Shown here: positions 40,581 to 50,903 of the stretch, one piece after another
How the letters are laid out: each line of letters begins with the position of its first letter
Position numbering within the stretch: position 1 is the first letter of the stretch
Notes under the pieces: generated by a model
Seen by the model: only the letters and a program-made list of their open reading frames with translations
What the model was told of the DNA's origin: nothing
Databases searched by the model: none
Program-made: the position numbers and the translations under genes
NCBI GenBank assembly: GCA_038870975.1
Contig: JAVZJD010000001.1
Coordinates: 1-64,000, forward strand
DNA length: 64,000 nt
Origin: Candidatus Bathyarchaeia archaeon
GTDB lineage: Archaea > Thermoproteota > CALKCG01 > B24
Direction of reading: 5' to 3'

Positions 40581-41813
40581 TTATACGTATTTCTCCGCAG
40601 CTTGGGAGGTTATCTTTGCCCATTCCCATAGACGTTGAGGCTGATATTTTACAGTGCTTATGTCTTTCATGTGTATTTCCACTATACAGTTGAACTCCCT
40701 AGCCTTCTTCAACTTCCTCTCCATATCCTTTTGTATTTCTTCAGGGTCCCAGTCTGAAGCTGTTAGAACGGCTGGATTCGGCTTCCAAGCGAATACGAAT
40801 TCGTCTCGAACGTTTTCAACAGCTTTATCGAAGTCTATGAATGGGCTCATTGAAATTTTACGTAGCCTGGGAATATTCCTCTTCAGGATATCTACTCTAT
40901 TATGTAGCGGCTCGCAACAACCGTAGTAGTTCAACCCCCACTTCTCATACCAGCGTTTCTCATGTTTTAATGCAAACTCCTCGTGCATAGCTGGAGATGC
41001 AGCTGCGAAAACTTGAGCAGCACCAACACCCCATAAATTCATCGGGTCATCTCTTAAAAGACCGAGCTTTTCATACTGCTCCAATCTATGCAACCAGGCG
41101 TCGATCATTCTATCGACGAGCTTATGTACGTAGTTTGGTCTATGGTATATATCTATGAGTATTTCTTTCACACCAGTCCATTGTACGAGTTCATCCCAGG
41201 GTGCAAACCAGAAGGAGGAGATGCCGCGTCTTTCGACCGGTACAATGTCTTCGAAAATGTCGCATAGTATTTGGAATTCTCTCTCGGCTCTATCGTAGTC
41301 AAACGCTACTTTAGGCATTTTAATCTTCTCAATATCTTCTTCGCTTTTAATCTGTACGTGGAATCTGTGGGAAACCACGGGGTTTCTCTCATCTGTTTTC
41401 ACGACATCCTCCTGCACGTAGATGCCGAAGCCCGTATCGTAGATATAATCTTGCATGGGCTGTACAATTACGGGGTCTAAACCGGGATATTCAAATCTAG
41501 GGTCTTCCACAGGTACGCCAAGCCTATGATTCCACTTGTAGATTATACGTCTAAGCCTCTCTTCATACCTCCGGCATAGGGGATGCTTCGTCTTAAGTTT
41601 GAGTTCACCGTAGACGTCCATCTCATGCCAAGGCATCTCGTAAATGTACACGATCGGTTTAACCAGCTCTAGATTGTTTATCCTCTTCTGCAATTCCACG
41701 TACTCCTCGTTAATGGGTGATGTAGCGATTTCAACGATCTGTCTCCCAAGCCCTCTTAAAACCTCTTTATCACTCTGCGGGATTTCCTCATACTTCTCCC
41801 GGCGATTCACCAA
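40581..41813 (-). CDS. UroD/MtaA-superfamily protein
   Basis: SPAMHEEF, YYGCCEPLH, RKISMSP, WKPNPA. Confidence 0.7.
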   Translation of the reverse strand: MVNRREKYEEIPQSDKEVLRGLGRQIVEIATSPINEEYVELQKRINNLELVKPIVYIYEMPWHEMDVYGELKLKTKHPLCRRYEERLRRIIYKWNHRLGVPVEDPRFEYPGLDPVIVQPMQDYIYDTGFGIYVQEDVVKTDERNPVVSHRFHVQIKSEEDIEKIKMPKVAFDYDRAEREFQILCDIFEDIVPVERRGISSFWFAPWDELVQWTGVKEILIDIYHRPNYVHKLVDRMIDAWLHRLEQYEKLGLLRDDPMNLWGVGAAQVFAAASPAMHEEFALKHEKRWYEKWGLNYYGCCEPLHNRVDILKRNIPRLRKISMSPFIDFDKAVENVRDEFVFAWKPNPAVLTASDWDPEEIQKDMERKLKKAREFNCIVEIHMKDISTVKYQPQRLWEWAKITSQAAEKYV

Positions 41814-41976
41814 AATCCACCTACAATCCTCTACTTTCCTCTGATTTTTAAACTTCCGCTTTGAATCTACCTCTATTAGTGTGAGGAAAATACCGGTAGA
41901 AGTTTACATATTTGGTTGTGAATGGGCCGCGGATTCCGCAAAGCTTACATGCTTCTTGGGAAGAAAGCGAAATTAT

Positions 41977-42482
41977 TCACGTATATGTCTTCTCGATGCT
42001 CGATAAGAGCTTTTTCACCTTTTCTATAAAGCTTTCGGTGTCTTCGATGACACCCTTAACGTGCTTTTCGGTAGCCCAACCTTCATAGAAGTTTACATGC
42101 ATGGAGCTGACTGACCTCCAAAGCCTACCCAGCTCCTCGTCGTGGGTTTCTTCTACGAGCTTACTCACGTATTCCTAAAGCTCCTTATGGCTTGAAAGTC
42201 TTAAACCTTCTCTCTTGTAAGCTAAACTTTTCAATGCAAACGCCGCAACACCCCAAGTCTTTTCTCCAGCCTGCATTAAATCCCCTTTAGCCAATTCATC
42301 CCTGGCCCGCCTCATCAAGTTCTTTGAAGCTTCCCAGTAGGATTCAGCCAGACCTGTTGGATCAACTAATTCGGCTATCAAGTTCAACACGTACCATTCG
42401 ACTGAGACACCTTGTGCTTCAGCTACGTTCCTTAACTTTTCATAGATTTTTCTGGAACGTCTATAGTAACTATTCTACTTAC
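41977..42482 (-). pseudogene. PaREP1-family (HEPN-like) pseudogene
   Basis: GDLMQAGEKTWG...SHKEL*EYVSKL...SMHVNFYE; TAG at 42175-42177; frameshift in A5 run at 42447-42451 separates N-terminal IDVPEK from IYEKLR. Confidence 0.8.
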
Positions 42483-42752
42483 GATGTTAATGAAGCGTAC
42501 TCATGTATCAACTTTTAGAAGAATTCATCCATTTATAATAGAATCGTTTATGGGGGTCAAGTGTATGGGCTTTGTATATAACTCTTATATTTTAATATCC
42601 TCAAGAGGCTACGATGGTGCTGGCATCGTCATATATGTTACTGGGCGGTTGCCTATTGCGTCGATTTCTCTGACATCTAAAATCAAAATATGCACGTCTG
42701 TTAATAAATTCTAAATATACTTTATTATAGATGGTTATGTATAAACTCCTGT

Positions 42753-43910
42753 ATGAGTCAGAATAGCAGTGTGGTTGAACCAGTAGATGTTCTTGAAATC
42801 CTCTGGAAGACGTTAAAAGACAATTATCCGATGATGGAGTACGCTGGTGTTTTAGATGATAGTTGGCTTGACGAATATAGGAGGAAAATCGTGGAAGTGT
42901 CTGACTGGGCTTCGGCGTACAGGCTTATGGAAGAGCTTGTGAATAGGCTGAATGATTATCATACGCGTCTTGAATGGCCTGGGAAGCCGACTCTATTGAC
43001 GCCACCTGTTAAACTTGCATTTGTAAAGGAAGGACTTATAGTTGTCGCTGAAGCTGATTCATCAACATCTCTTAAACCCGGGGATATTGTTTTGGCAGTT
43101 GACGGTATAGATGCTATGGTTTTGTTTCGAACGCTTCTGAAGAGAGCCTTTGGTGCAACGGTTTATGCGAAGAGAAATTGGGCTTTAAACCAGATGTTGA
43201 TAGGTGACCCTGAAAGCCCTGTAGAGCTGACTGTTTGTAGGCATTATGAAGGGGTTTTTAACGTTAGGCTTGTGAGAAGGAAGGAGTTGAGAGAGGATAG
43301 CGTAGTATCCTATAGAATGCTTGATGGAGGAGCTGGCTACATTAGAATCGCTGCTTTCACGGAGGGAGCTGGTTTTATAAAAATTTTTGATGACGCGCTT
43401 GAAAACCTCAGAGAAGCCAAATGTCTAGTGATAGATGTTAGAGATAATGGGGGTGGCTCAGATGGGCTTGCTGAAGCAGCTATAGGTCGGTTCATAGATC
43501 GACCCGTCCTATGCAGTATAAACTTTCAGAGGAGACCTGGAACAGACGTGTATGATAAGTTCATAGCTATTGCCAAGCCTAGAGGACCCTGGCAGTATAA
43601 GGGTAGAGTAGCAGTTCTCATAAACGCTGGTTGCTGTAGTGCATGTGAACATTTTGTCTCAGGTATGAAGGAGGCTGGTGCATTACTCGCTGGAGAACCT
43701 ACTACTGGTGCATGTGGTTGGAGTAGACCTATAGATCTGCCTGGAGGAGCCATATTATACGTCTCTAAGACCTTCCCTATACATGGAAAAACCCCGTCGC
43801 CGTTAAATGGAATAAAACCTCATATAAAAGCTACACCCAGGCTAAAAGACCTTCAAGCAGGTAGAGATGTAGCATTAGAGGCGGCCTTAAAGACGCTGCT
43901 GAGTTCTTAA
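42753..43910 (+). CDS. S41 family peptidase
   Basis: PDZ-like domain, IDVRDNGGG, CSACE, GEPTTGA. Confidence 0.88.
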   Translation: MSQNSSVVEPVDVLEILWKTLKDNYPMMEYAGVLDDSWLDEYRRKIVEVSDWASAYRLMEELVNRLNDYHTRLEWPGKPTLLTPPVKLAFVKEGLIVVAEADSSTSLKPGDIVLAVDGIDAMVLFRTLLKRAFGATVYAKRNWALNQMLIGDPESPVELTVCRHYEGVFNVRLVRRKELREDSVVSYRMLDGGAGYIRIAAFTEGAGFIKIFDDALENLREAKCLVIDVRDNGGGSDGLAEAAIGRFIDRPVLCSINFQRRPGTDVYDKFIAIAKPRGPWQYKGRVAVLINAGCCSACEHFVSGMKEAGALLAGEPTTGACGWSRPIDLPGGAILYVSKTFPIHGKTPSPLNGIKPHIKATPRLKDLQAGRDVALEAALKTLLSS

Positions 43911-43999
43911 AATCCCCGTTTAGATACGTAAGTTTTCTAGTAGTAGTTAGCAAATCTTTAGCCCTTAATGATTTTTTATTAGTATATTGCAAGAGCCCA

Positions 44000-44097
44000 G
44001 CCTCAGGCTCTCCGTATGACCTCGCTCCCGTTTACTCCCACTTCTTTAGTCTCTCTTTAAACTCAACTGAAATCTTACTGATGACTTTTAACAAGCT
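44000..44097 (-). pseudogene. Degenerate RHH antitoxin remnant
   Basis: Broken frames read VISKISVEFKERLKK / GVNGSEVIRRA; boundaries approximate. Confidence 0.3.
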
Positions 44098-44318
44098 TAT
44101 CCATATAGTGACAGCGAAAATAACACCTTGACAACAGTACATATATTTAAAGGAAGTAGACTCTTCCTTCTAAGAAAGATCTTTACGTGGGTAATTTGAG
44201 GTTTCTTCACTTAATATTCAACATGACAAGTTAATAGCATATGAAAAATGTGTAGATGGTTTCTTCAAGTGGGAGTACTTATACAAGTCCGTCCATGTTA
44301 GACTCTTCTAAAGATGTG

Positions 44319-45392
44319 CTATCTTCTGAGGGGTCTGCGACCGTATTTGTTGACGAGTTGAAAGTATGCTTCGAGGTTTTCTATGGGGACGTTGTCTGGG
44401 ATTGAGCCTGATACGTTTATGAAGTATCCTGGGTGTGAGCCGGCTGCTGTTAGACATCGTTTAACCTCCTTCTCTACGTCTTCTACTGTTCCGTATGTGA
44501 GAGTGCTTATATCAACTCCGCCTATTATAACCTTATCGTTACCGTATTTTTCGGCGATGTGTTTTAAGTCGCAGCACTCTTCTATTATGAATCCGTCTGC
44601 ACCTGCTTCAGCGATGTCGTCGACTATACTGGTCATATTTCCATCTGTGCAGAAGAGGATTATAATGCCTTTTGATTTGAGTTCGCTCCAGAGCCTCTTG
44701 TACCATGGGAATATGTGTTTACGCATCCACTCATGTGGGAAAAATGGGCCTTGAGTTCCACATATATCGTCGTGGCTTATGAAGGCTTTTATGTCTGTTT
44801 GAGCCCAGGCTTTTGCTTGAATTAGGCTGAGTTCGCCGAATCTGTCTAGGAGCTTTTTGAATCGTTTGGGTTCGTAGTATGCGGCTTTAATGGTCCATTT
44901 GAGTCCGAATAGCATTATGAGCCACATGAGACATGTGAGGTATGTTCCTCCGGGTACTAGTTGGCTTTTGTATGTGGTTTGCATTCGGCTGTGTGTTTTC
45001 TGGAAGTGTTCAATCAATTCGTTTATGTTGGGTATTTCCCATGTTTCAAAGGGGTTGAACTCTAACACTTCGTCGATGGTTTTGACTGTGAATGTTTCAT
45101 GCCAGGTTGTCGGGAATGCTTTAGACCATGAGTCTGCTCTTACTGTGAAGTGGTCGCCTCTGTTCTTTGCTGAGCTCCATGGGTGGAGTGGGTCGTATGT
45201 GAACCATATCATGTCTAGGTCGAGCTTATGGTAGGTTTTGCTTAAAGCTTCTTCTGGGTGTTTGAGGGGGTTTAAACCGGAGAGTTTGGCGATGAAGTCT
45301 GTATGCTGTATGAATTCGACTTGTGCTACTCTATCGCTCTCTTCGAGGTTTAGGGTTGAGATGGCGCGTTCGTAGCACATGTGTGTAGGCAA
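44319..45392 (-). CDS. Uroporphyrinogen decarboxylase/MtaA family protein
   Basis: HDDICGTQGPFF, FCTDGNM, GGVD, PGYFINVSGSIPDNVP.EN. Confidence 0.82.
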   Translation of the reverse strand: MPTHMCYERAISTLNLEESDRVAQVEFIQHTDFIAKLSGLNPLKHPEEALSKTYHKLDLDMIWFTYDPLHPWSSAKNRGDHFTVRADSWSKAFPTTWHETFTVKTIDEVLEFNPFETWEIPNINELIEHFQKTHSRMQTTYKSQLVPGGTYLTCLMWLIMLFGLKWTIKAAYYEPKRFKKLLDRFGELSLIQAKAWAQTDIKAFISHDDICGTQGPFFPHEWMRKHIFPWYKRLWSELKSKGIIILFCTDGNMTSIVDDIAEAGADGFIIEECCDLKHIAEKYGNDKVIIGGVDISTLTYGTVEDVEKEVKRCLTAAGSHPGYFINVSGSIPDNVPIENLEAYFQLVNKYGRRPLRR

Positions 45393-45762
45393 TTCTGTTG
45401 GTTTGATTTTATTGTTTATATGTTTTTCCTCGGTTTATGTGTTTGAAGGTTTTGGGTGTGTTAAGCTTCTTTTTTTTCTGTTTTTCTTAGCCTACCCCCT
45501 CTAGTTTTTTCCATTATATATAAGGCTGTTATATCCATTGTGTGTTTTGTAATTTTCTTGTGGGGTATTGTGGTTATTTCAGTTCATTGGCTTGTGATAC
45601 TTGGTATTTTACGCTATCTGGTGGCTGTTGGAGCTTGTACTTAGTGTTCTACGCGGTGTTGAGTTGCTTCGGATTATTTCCGGCCTACTTCGTCTTAAAT
45701 ACTCATAGGTTTAAATTATAAACAATATCTTTATATCGAATGTTTAGAATAGAAACTAAGGA

Positions 45763-46197
45763 ATGTCTGAAGAGGTTTCATGTAAAGCGCCGCAGAAAAT
45801 GCTACCGGTATGCGGGAAAGAGGCGGAAAACCTCTATATAATCTTAGCCTGTGGAGGTGCGGCTAACGTAGGGTTGATAGGCTACCTTGCTGCAGTGGAA
45901 TTGACTAGAGAAGGGGAGGCTAGGATGTGTTGCATTACTCCTGTAGGAGCTGGGATACCATACTATGTAGATATAATGAAGAGGGCGAAGAAGTTGATAG
46001 TTGTAAATGGATGTCAAAATCAATGTGCTAGAAAAGTAGTTGAGCAAGCTGGGATTGATAAAATAGATTACAATTTTACTGTCGCAGATATTATAAAGAA
46101 ATCTCCTACATTTGATATTAATAATGAAGACGTTAAGCTTGTTATGGATAAAATAAGAAAAGAAGCATTACATAATGATGTTAAAAATAATAGCTGA
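45763..46197 (+). CDS. DGC-domain putative zinc-binding protein
   Basis: ACGGAANVG, MCC, VNGCQNQCARK; AT-rich. Confidence 0.82.
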   Translation: MSEEVSCKAPQKMLPVCGKEAENLYIILACGGAANVGLIGYLAAVELTREGEARMCCITPVGAGIPYYVDIMKRAKKLIVVNGCQNQCARKVVEQAGIDKIDYNFTVADIIKKSPTFDINNEDVKLVMDKIRKEALHNDVKNNS

Positions 46198-46358
46198 TAT
46201 AAAAACTAAAAGTTAAACATAATATTTTAAATGAATTTCTAAATACAAGTAAAAATTGAAAAATAAAAATATTAGCTCTTAGCAATTTAATTATTAACTT
46301 TGAATTATACATAGCTTACACTTCCAATCACATATTTCTTAAATAGAACTTTCTATCT

Positions 46359-46877
46359 ATGTATTCAGACGGAGCAAAACCTAACACTTATTATTTACCT
46401 AGTGAAAATTGCATTTTGATGCTTGTTTTGCGTTTTCCATGGTCTTATTGGTCTCCACGTAGGGAGGCTGTGGTGCTTATACTGTTATTTGCATTGTTTA
46501 TAGTTGGGCTTAGGTCTTACTTTGCGTTCTGCGACTATGTGTATGATACTTTATACGATGCTCTAGAAGATACGGCGGCTACGCTTAAGGGCTTCTGGCT
46601 CGGCAACTTCACACTACCAGCCGTTACTATGCCTCCAAGATACGGCTTCAACATGACGTACCAATTCCAGGTGAACGAGACTCAGGCGGAAATGCTTAAA
46701 CAGTGGGGCTACAGGGCTAGAGTACTATTCTGGGGCGGCTGCACACTGCAAGGCACGTTTCACTTTCTAGAAAACTACAGAATCAACATCTCAACCAAAC
46801 ACCACTTTTCTCTTGAGTACTTCCCGATAATAGACATAAAAGTAGTCTACGTAGCCTACATATGCTCGGGACCTTAA
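46359..46877 (+). CDS. Hypothetical membrane-anchored protein
   Basis: ORF with one TM segment; start uncertain. Confidence 0.5.
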   Translation: MYSDGAKPNTYYLPSENCILMLVLRFPWSYWSPRREAVVLILLFALFIVGLRSYFAFCDYVYDTLYDALEDTAATLKGFWLGNFTLPAVTMPPRYGFNMTYQFQVNETQAEMLKQWGYRARVLFWGGCTLQGTFHFLENYRINISTKHHFSLEYFPIIDIKVVYVAYICSGP

Positions 46878-47185
46878 AGACGTAAAAGCATAAATCGAGA
46901 ACATAATCGCCCGAGATGAAAATGTGAAAGCACTGGCAGACTACTCGCAGTACACAGACGCGTAGCACCCACTGGCGGAAGCATTAGAATAAACGTGTTC
47001 AGTGATGAACTTTAACAATGTTCAGATAGTTATTTTACTACTCTGATTTTTTACGTTTTGAGGGGGCTCGACGAGCATTGCCTGTTTTCTACAATCTTCT
47101 TCGTCTTCACTTTTGTTTAGTTTCCTTTAACCAGAGCGATGTTGCTTATAAAAAAATGATGAGAAATTCATTTGTTAAAGTGCTT

Positions 47186-47692
47186 CTAAGTTGCATCAGC
47201 AGATGTTTGCTTGAACCTTTCCTCTAACCCATATTTTACTGATGATGGTCCCAGCATTTTATCAAATTTCACGTGCATTACTTGTCCAGGTATCTTGAAG
47301 CCAGCCGCCGATTTCACAATTGCCTCGCCAGGTGGTAGGGCCCCGAGAAGGCTGGCAAAAGTTTCCCCTAAATCTTCAATGATCCTCTTTCTATCAACGT
47401 CTTCAACGTTGAAGCATACAAAGTTCTGCTAAAGCTCTGTTGTTACGGCCTTGCTTACTAAGCTTAACCTTCTTGCCACAAGCCATAGTGGGCAGCCATT
47501 TCTTCCTCCCTCCGTCGCCAATCTCATCCAAACTGGGTCTATTTCCCCTCCATAAAACTTCTCAGGCGCTATTCTATGGGCTTCATCTGAGACAACTATA
47601 CAGCCAAACTCTTTATTCTGCGTTGCCTCCTCCCATATACATTTAGCTAAATATATGCCCATCCTCTTTTTGATTTTCGAGAAACAGTCATA
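47186..47692 (-). pseudogene. HerA/FtsK-like ATPase C-terminal remnant
   Basis: VVSDEAHRIAP (Walker B), ATEGGRNG, LPPGEAIV; in-frame TAG at 47429-47431; no Walker A. Confidence 0.7.
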
Positions 47693-48211
47693 CTACAGGC
47701 CCTCTGTGGATTGATGCAGCATATGGATCTGTTTAAGAAACTCATTAACATTATCCGTTGAGAGGACTTTTTCAGATGATATGATAAGGATCAATTGATA
47801 TGGCATCATTGCATTTTGCTGGAACTCTATTTTCAAACCAAATTGCCGTCCAGTTTGCTTCAATTTTTTGATCACTAGATTAAGGTCGTCATAGTTGAAT
47901 ACGTTAAAGGATGTTATAAAAATCATTTTTTCTGCCTCCAATCTTAGATCGCCCTGCACCAGACCCCTATCTATAACAATTTTTATGGCTTTAACAGGTC
48001 CAAGGAACCAGAAATGACCAACATTTGCCGCCCATTCAAGTTGACTCAGGTCAAGTCCATCTCGCCCATATGATCTACCACATGGCGCGATATCTGGATA
48101 ACCCTCCCTCTCGAGTAAAACATTCTCTGGATTTGAGGAAAAAACACCCTTCCGGCAAAGTTCACTAATTACGGAATAAACGACTTTTGGATTCAAACCT
48201 GAAGTGCTCAC
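47693..48211 (-). CDS. Hypothetical protein in integrated element
   Basis: 172 aa ORF with GGAGG RBS. Confidence 0.55.
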   Translation of the reverse strand: MSTSGLNPKVVYSVISELCRKGVFSSNPENVLLEREGYPDIAPCGRSYGRDGLDLSQLEWAANVGHFWFLGPVKAIKIVIDRGLVQGDLRLEAEKMIFITSFNVFNYDDLNLVIKKLKQTGRQFGLKIEFQQNAMMPYQLILIISSEKVLSTDNVNEFLKQIHMLHQSTEGL

Positions 48212-48576
48212 ATGTCCTCCCTACTTTAAACTGTTATTTAAATAAATAACATGACGCACGGGTGGCAAATGATTGAAAGCAGGTATGTGAATCCCGTGAA
48301 ACTATACATCGTTGATTCAATCGGAGAGAGAAGTTGCGAGCACGAGTTTGACACATCACTTAGCCAGAGAGTTACTAGTGGGATTAAGGAGGTTGACAAT
48401 GGGGTAGATGAAGTACTGCGCTTTAAGAGCTATTATTCGAGAAGATTCTGCATTTTAAATATTCCAGATGTTGGTAAAAGGTCTGATAGTGCCGTGAAAG
48501 AGGCTACTTAAGGGTTGCTCTAATAGCGGAGTACGCCTATAAGTATCGTATGAAGAGGTAATGGAGGAGGATTGAC

Positions 48577-49613
48577 GTGAGCCTGTATGAAAAGCTTTTG
48601 TTTAGAAACATGCCGAAGCCTGAAGAATTTATTCTGAAGACTGGTAGAGACTACTGGATCCCAGGTAAGGGGCGTGGAAGTAGCTACAACATGCTTTTGA
48701 CACCTGAAAACTTCAATGAGTGGTATAGCACGGTTAAAGAACGGGGTAGAGCGTGGATATCGGTATGTTACTACGCGGCTGAAACGGACAGCAAGATGAA
48801 TTTGACTTGTAAGCCCAGCACATTTGACACAGTAGTATACGACTTCGATATACCTCTTCCTAAAGAGCAGTGCATAAGGCTTAGAGAGGAAGACCCTGAC
48901 CGCTTCAACAGTCTTCTCGAGAAGGTTAGAATCGAAGCTTTAAGACTATACTGGCACCTCTCTAACAGGTTCAACTGTACGCCTATGCTTGTATTCACGG
49001 GTAATAGGGGATATCAAGTGTGGCTACTACTTGAAAAACTCTACCAGCCATATACTACAAGATGGCCTTCCGCTATTATCTCACGGGTCTAACTTTCGAT
49101 AAAGAGCTTGATACTCAAACCGCAGACCAGGCTAGACTTATTAGAGTCCCATACACTAGGCATGAGCATGGAGGATTGGCCGTACCTTTAAACCCTAAGA
49201 CGTTGAAGCCTCTGAAGCTTGAAGAGGTCGTCTCTGAGCTTAAGCCAGCAACCACACAGACTCTAGAGGAGCTGATAGGTGTAGAGCCTCTCGAAATACC
49301 TAAGCCGATATCGATTGATGTGAAGAGAGGTAGTAAAATACGTCCATGTATTGCATCGGCTTTAAAACAGCCCCTACATGGTGGAAGTGGACATTTAATG
49401 AGACTTGCCATAGCGGTCGAATACCTCAGCATGGGATATCACGTAGATCAGGTCGTTGAACTATTCAAAAGCCAGCCAGACTTCAGTGAGAAACTCACAC
49501 GTTACTACATAGAGCATGCTAAGAAGAAAGGGTATAAACCCTTCAAATGTATGACCATACGTAGACTAGGCTATTGTCTAAGCGAATGCCCAATTGGAAA
49601 GAAGGAGGTGTAA
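48577..49613 (+). pseudogene. Fused AEP primase (PriS-like) + PriL C-terminal-like domain, frameshifted at 49034-49038
   Basis: VYDFD, FTGNRGYQVW, D...RLIRVPYTRH; then RPC..H..R..DF...T.Y.I.H..Y.PFKC..C..C. Confidence 0.8.
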
Positions 49614-49622
49614 AGCTAAGGT

Positions 49623-49808
49623 TTGACGAAGCTCCAATGCTCCAATAGAAGCAGACGAAATAAGAGTTCAAACTACAGGATAGAACTTACCGTAAAGAAG
49701 CTTCTACTTGAAGCCTTGGAGGAAAAAGACCCTGAAAGAGCTGTCGAATTATTTTTAGCGGCTAGACTTATCAAGACATCGCATGAGAATATGACTGGAT
49801 CTTCTTAG
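49623..49808 (+). CDS. Small hypothetical protein of integrated element
   Basis: 61 aa ORF following the primase; overlaps integrase 3' end. Confidence 0.35.
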   Translation: MTKLQCSNRSRRNKSSNYRIELTVKKLLLEALEEKDPERAVELFLAARLIKTSHENMTGSS

Positions 49809-50736
49809 TTAATTCCTTCAAGTACCGTGTGTACTTGGGATAATGTTGGTCGGCCTGTTCTCTGAGCCACATGTAGTGTCTACCTCCTATGGTTCTAGGT
49901 TTACGTCCGTTTATGAAGTCTGCAACGGTTTCGGGAATTCCTGAGAGAACCATCTTGTTGTATGCGAATTTCCTTACATATTTCAGTTTCACGAGTTCCA
50001 CATGCCTATGAATGAAACTTTTAACGGTATTTCTGCACGGCACGTTCCCACTTTCAGCTAATTCTCTAACCATTTTAGCTGTTTCATCTCTCATATACAC
50101 ATATAACCCAGACTTAGTACCTCTCTCCAGTCCAAGTGTATACCTCGAAAACCCTCTCAGACTTTCAAGCCTGTCAGGGTTAAATACTCTAAGCATATGC
50201 AATATGTGAGCTTGTCTGAGGCCACTATCAAGCGTAACCTGGTATAAGACGTAATATTTGAACTCATAATTCTTAAGTTTGATAAACGTTTCGATGAGTT
50301 CAGGCTCCTCAATCTCTTTGTAATCCACTCCCGTTCTAATTTTAGGTATAGCTTTCCTTAGTCTATTCAGAAAATCCTCAGGATAACTTTCCACGACTTC
50401 GTAGAAGTTGAATAAGTTTCTAAGAGCTTTATCTAGGTGGTCTCTTCCTCTTTCACATGAGCTGAATAATTTGATTACATCTTCGGGACATGATATGATG
50501 CTCACGTATTTGTCTAGATAGCTCATCATGTCTCTAATGTACTCCCTACTCCTGCCCTTAGATTCCATGAACTTGATAAACCTGTCCTTAACATCCTCAC
50601 CCCATCTAATAGCTAAGTCGGCTTTTAGAGGCAAACCTTTAAGAGCCCTCTCAGCTATCCCATACGCCTTTATCAGCCGCTCCACGGTAAAACCACCGTT
50701 TAAATCGAAGGACGGTCCTAGGACCGTCCCATCCAT
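49771..50736 (-). CDS. int: SSV1-type tyrosine integrase, C-terminal fragment Int(C)
   Basis: SGLR, KYVRKF, FINGR, RHY catalytic motifs; frame stays open upstream through the tRNA-Gly 3' half (HGGVRGFESRPPH). Confidence 0.88.
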   Translation of the reverse strand: MDGTVLGPSFDLNGGFTVERLIKAYGIAERALKGLPLKADLAIRWGEDVKDRFIKFMESKGRSREYIRDMMSYLDKYVSIISCPEDVIKLFSSCERGRDHLDKALRNLFNFYEVVESYPEDFLNRLRKAIPKIRTGVDYKEIEEPELIETFIKLKNYEFKYYVLYQVTLDSGLRQAHILHMLRVFNPDRLESLRGFSRYTLGLERGTKSGLYVYMRDETAKMVRELAESGNVPCRNTVKSFIHRHVELVKLKYVRKFAYNKMVLSGIPETVADFINGRKPRTIGGRHYMWLREQADQHYPKYTRYLKELTKKIQSYSHAMS

Positions 50737-50779
50737 AGAGTTAAAATAGCCCAGATTTAAGCTTATTTCGTCAGAAAGA

Positions 50780-50853
50780 TGCGGTGGGCGGGATTCGAAC
50801 CCGCGAACCCCGCCGTGGCAGGGCGGTATCTTACCAGGCTAGACCACCACCGC
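50780..50853 (-). tRNA. tRNA-Gly(GCC)
   Basis: GCGGTGG/CCACCGC acceptor stem; CCGCC-CTGCCAC-GGCGG anticodon arm; GGTTCGAATCC; 74 nt, no intron. Confidence 0.96.
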
Positions 50854-50903
50854 ATCTAGAAGGAAGAAAGCTTAGGGGGAGATATAAGCTTTAATTTTTA
50901 AGT

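Larger units (their letters stand above)
47186..50853. mobile_element. Decayed integrated plasmid/provirus at tRNA-Gly(GCC); left boundary unresolved
   Basis: Int(C) abutting the tRNA, primase fusion, HerA remnant; second att copy not found. Confidence 0.7.

Noticed and set aside
47002-47046. Possible C/D box sRNA (GTGATGA...CTGA)
   Set aside because: No credible C' box and the AT-rich guides have no evident target.
49030-49040. Programmed -1 frameshift in the primase
   Set aside because: No in-frame canonical slippery heptamer or obvious stimulator. A similar A5 loss occurs in PaREP1, which favours decay or homopolymer error.
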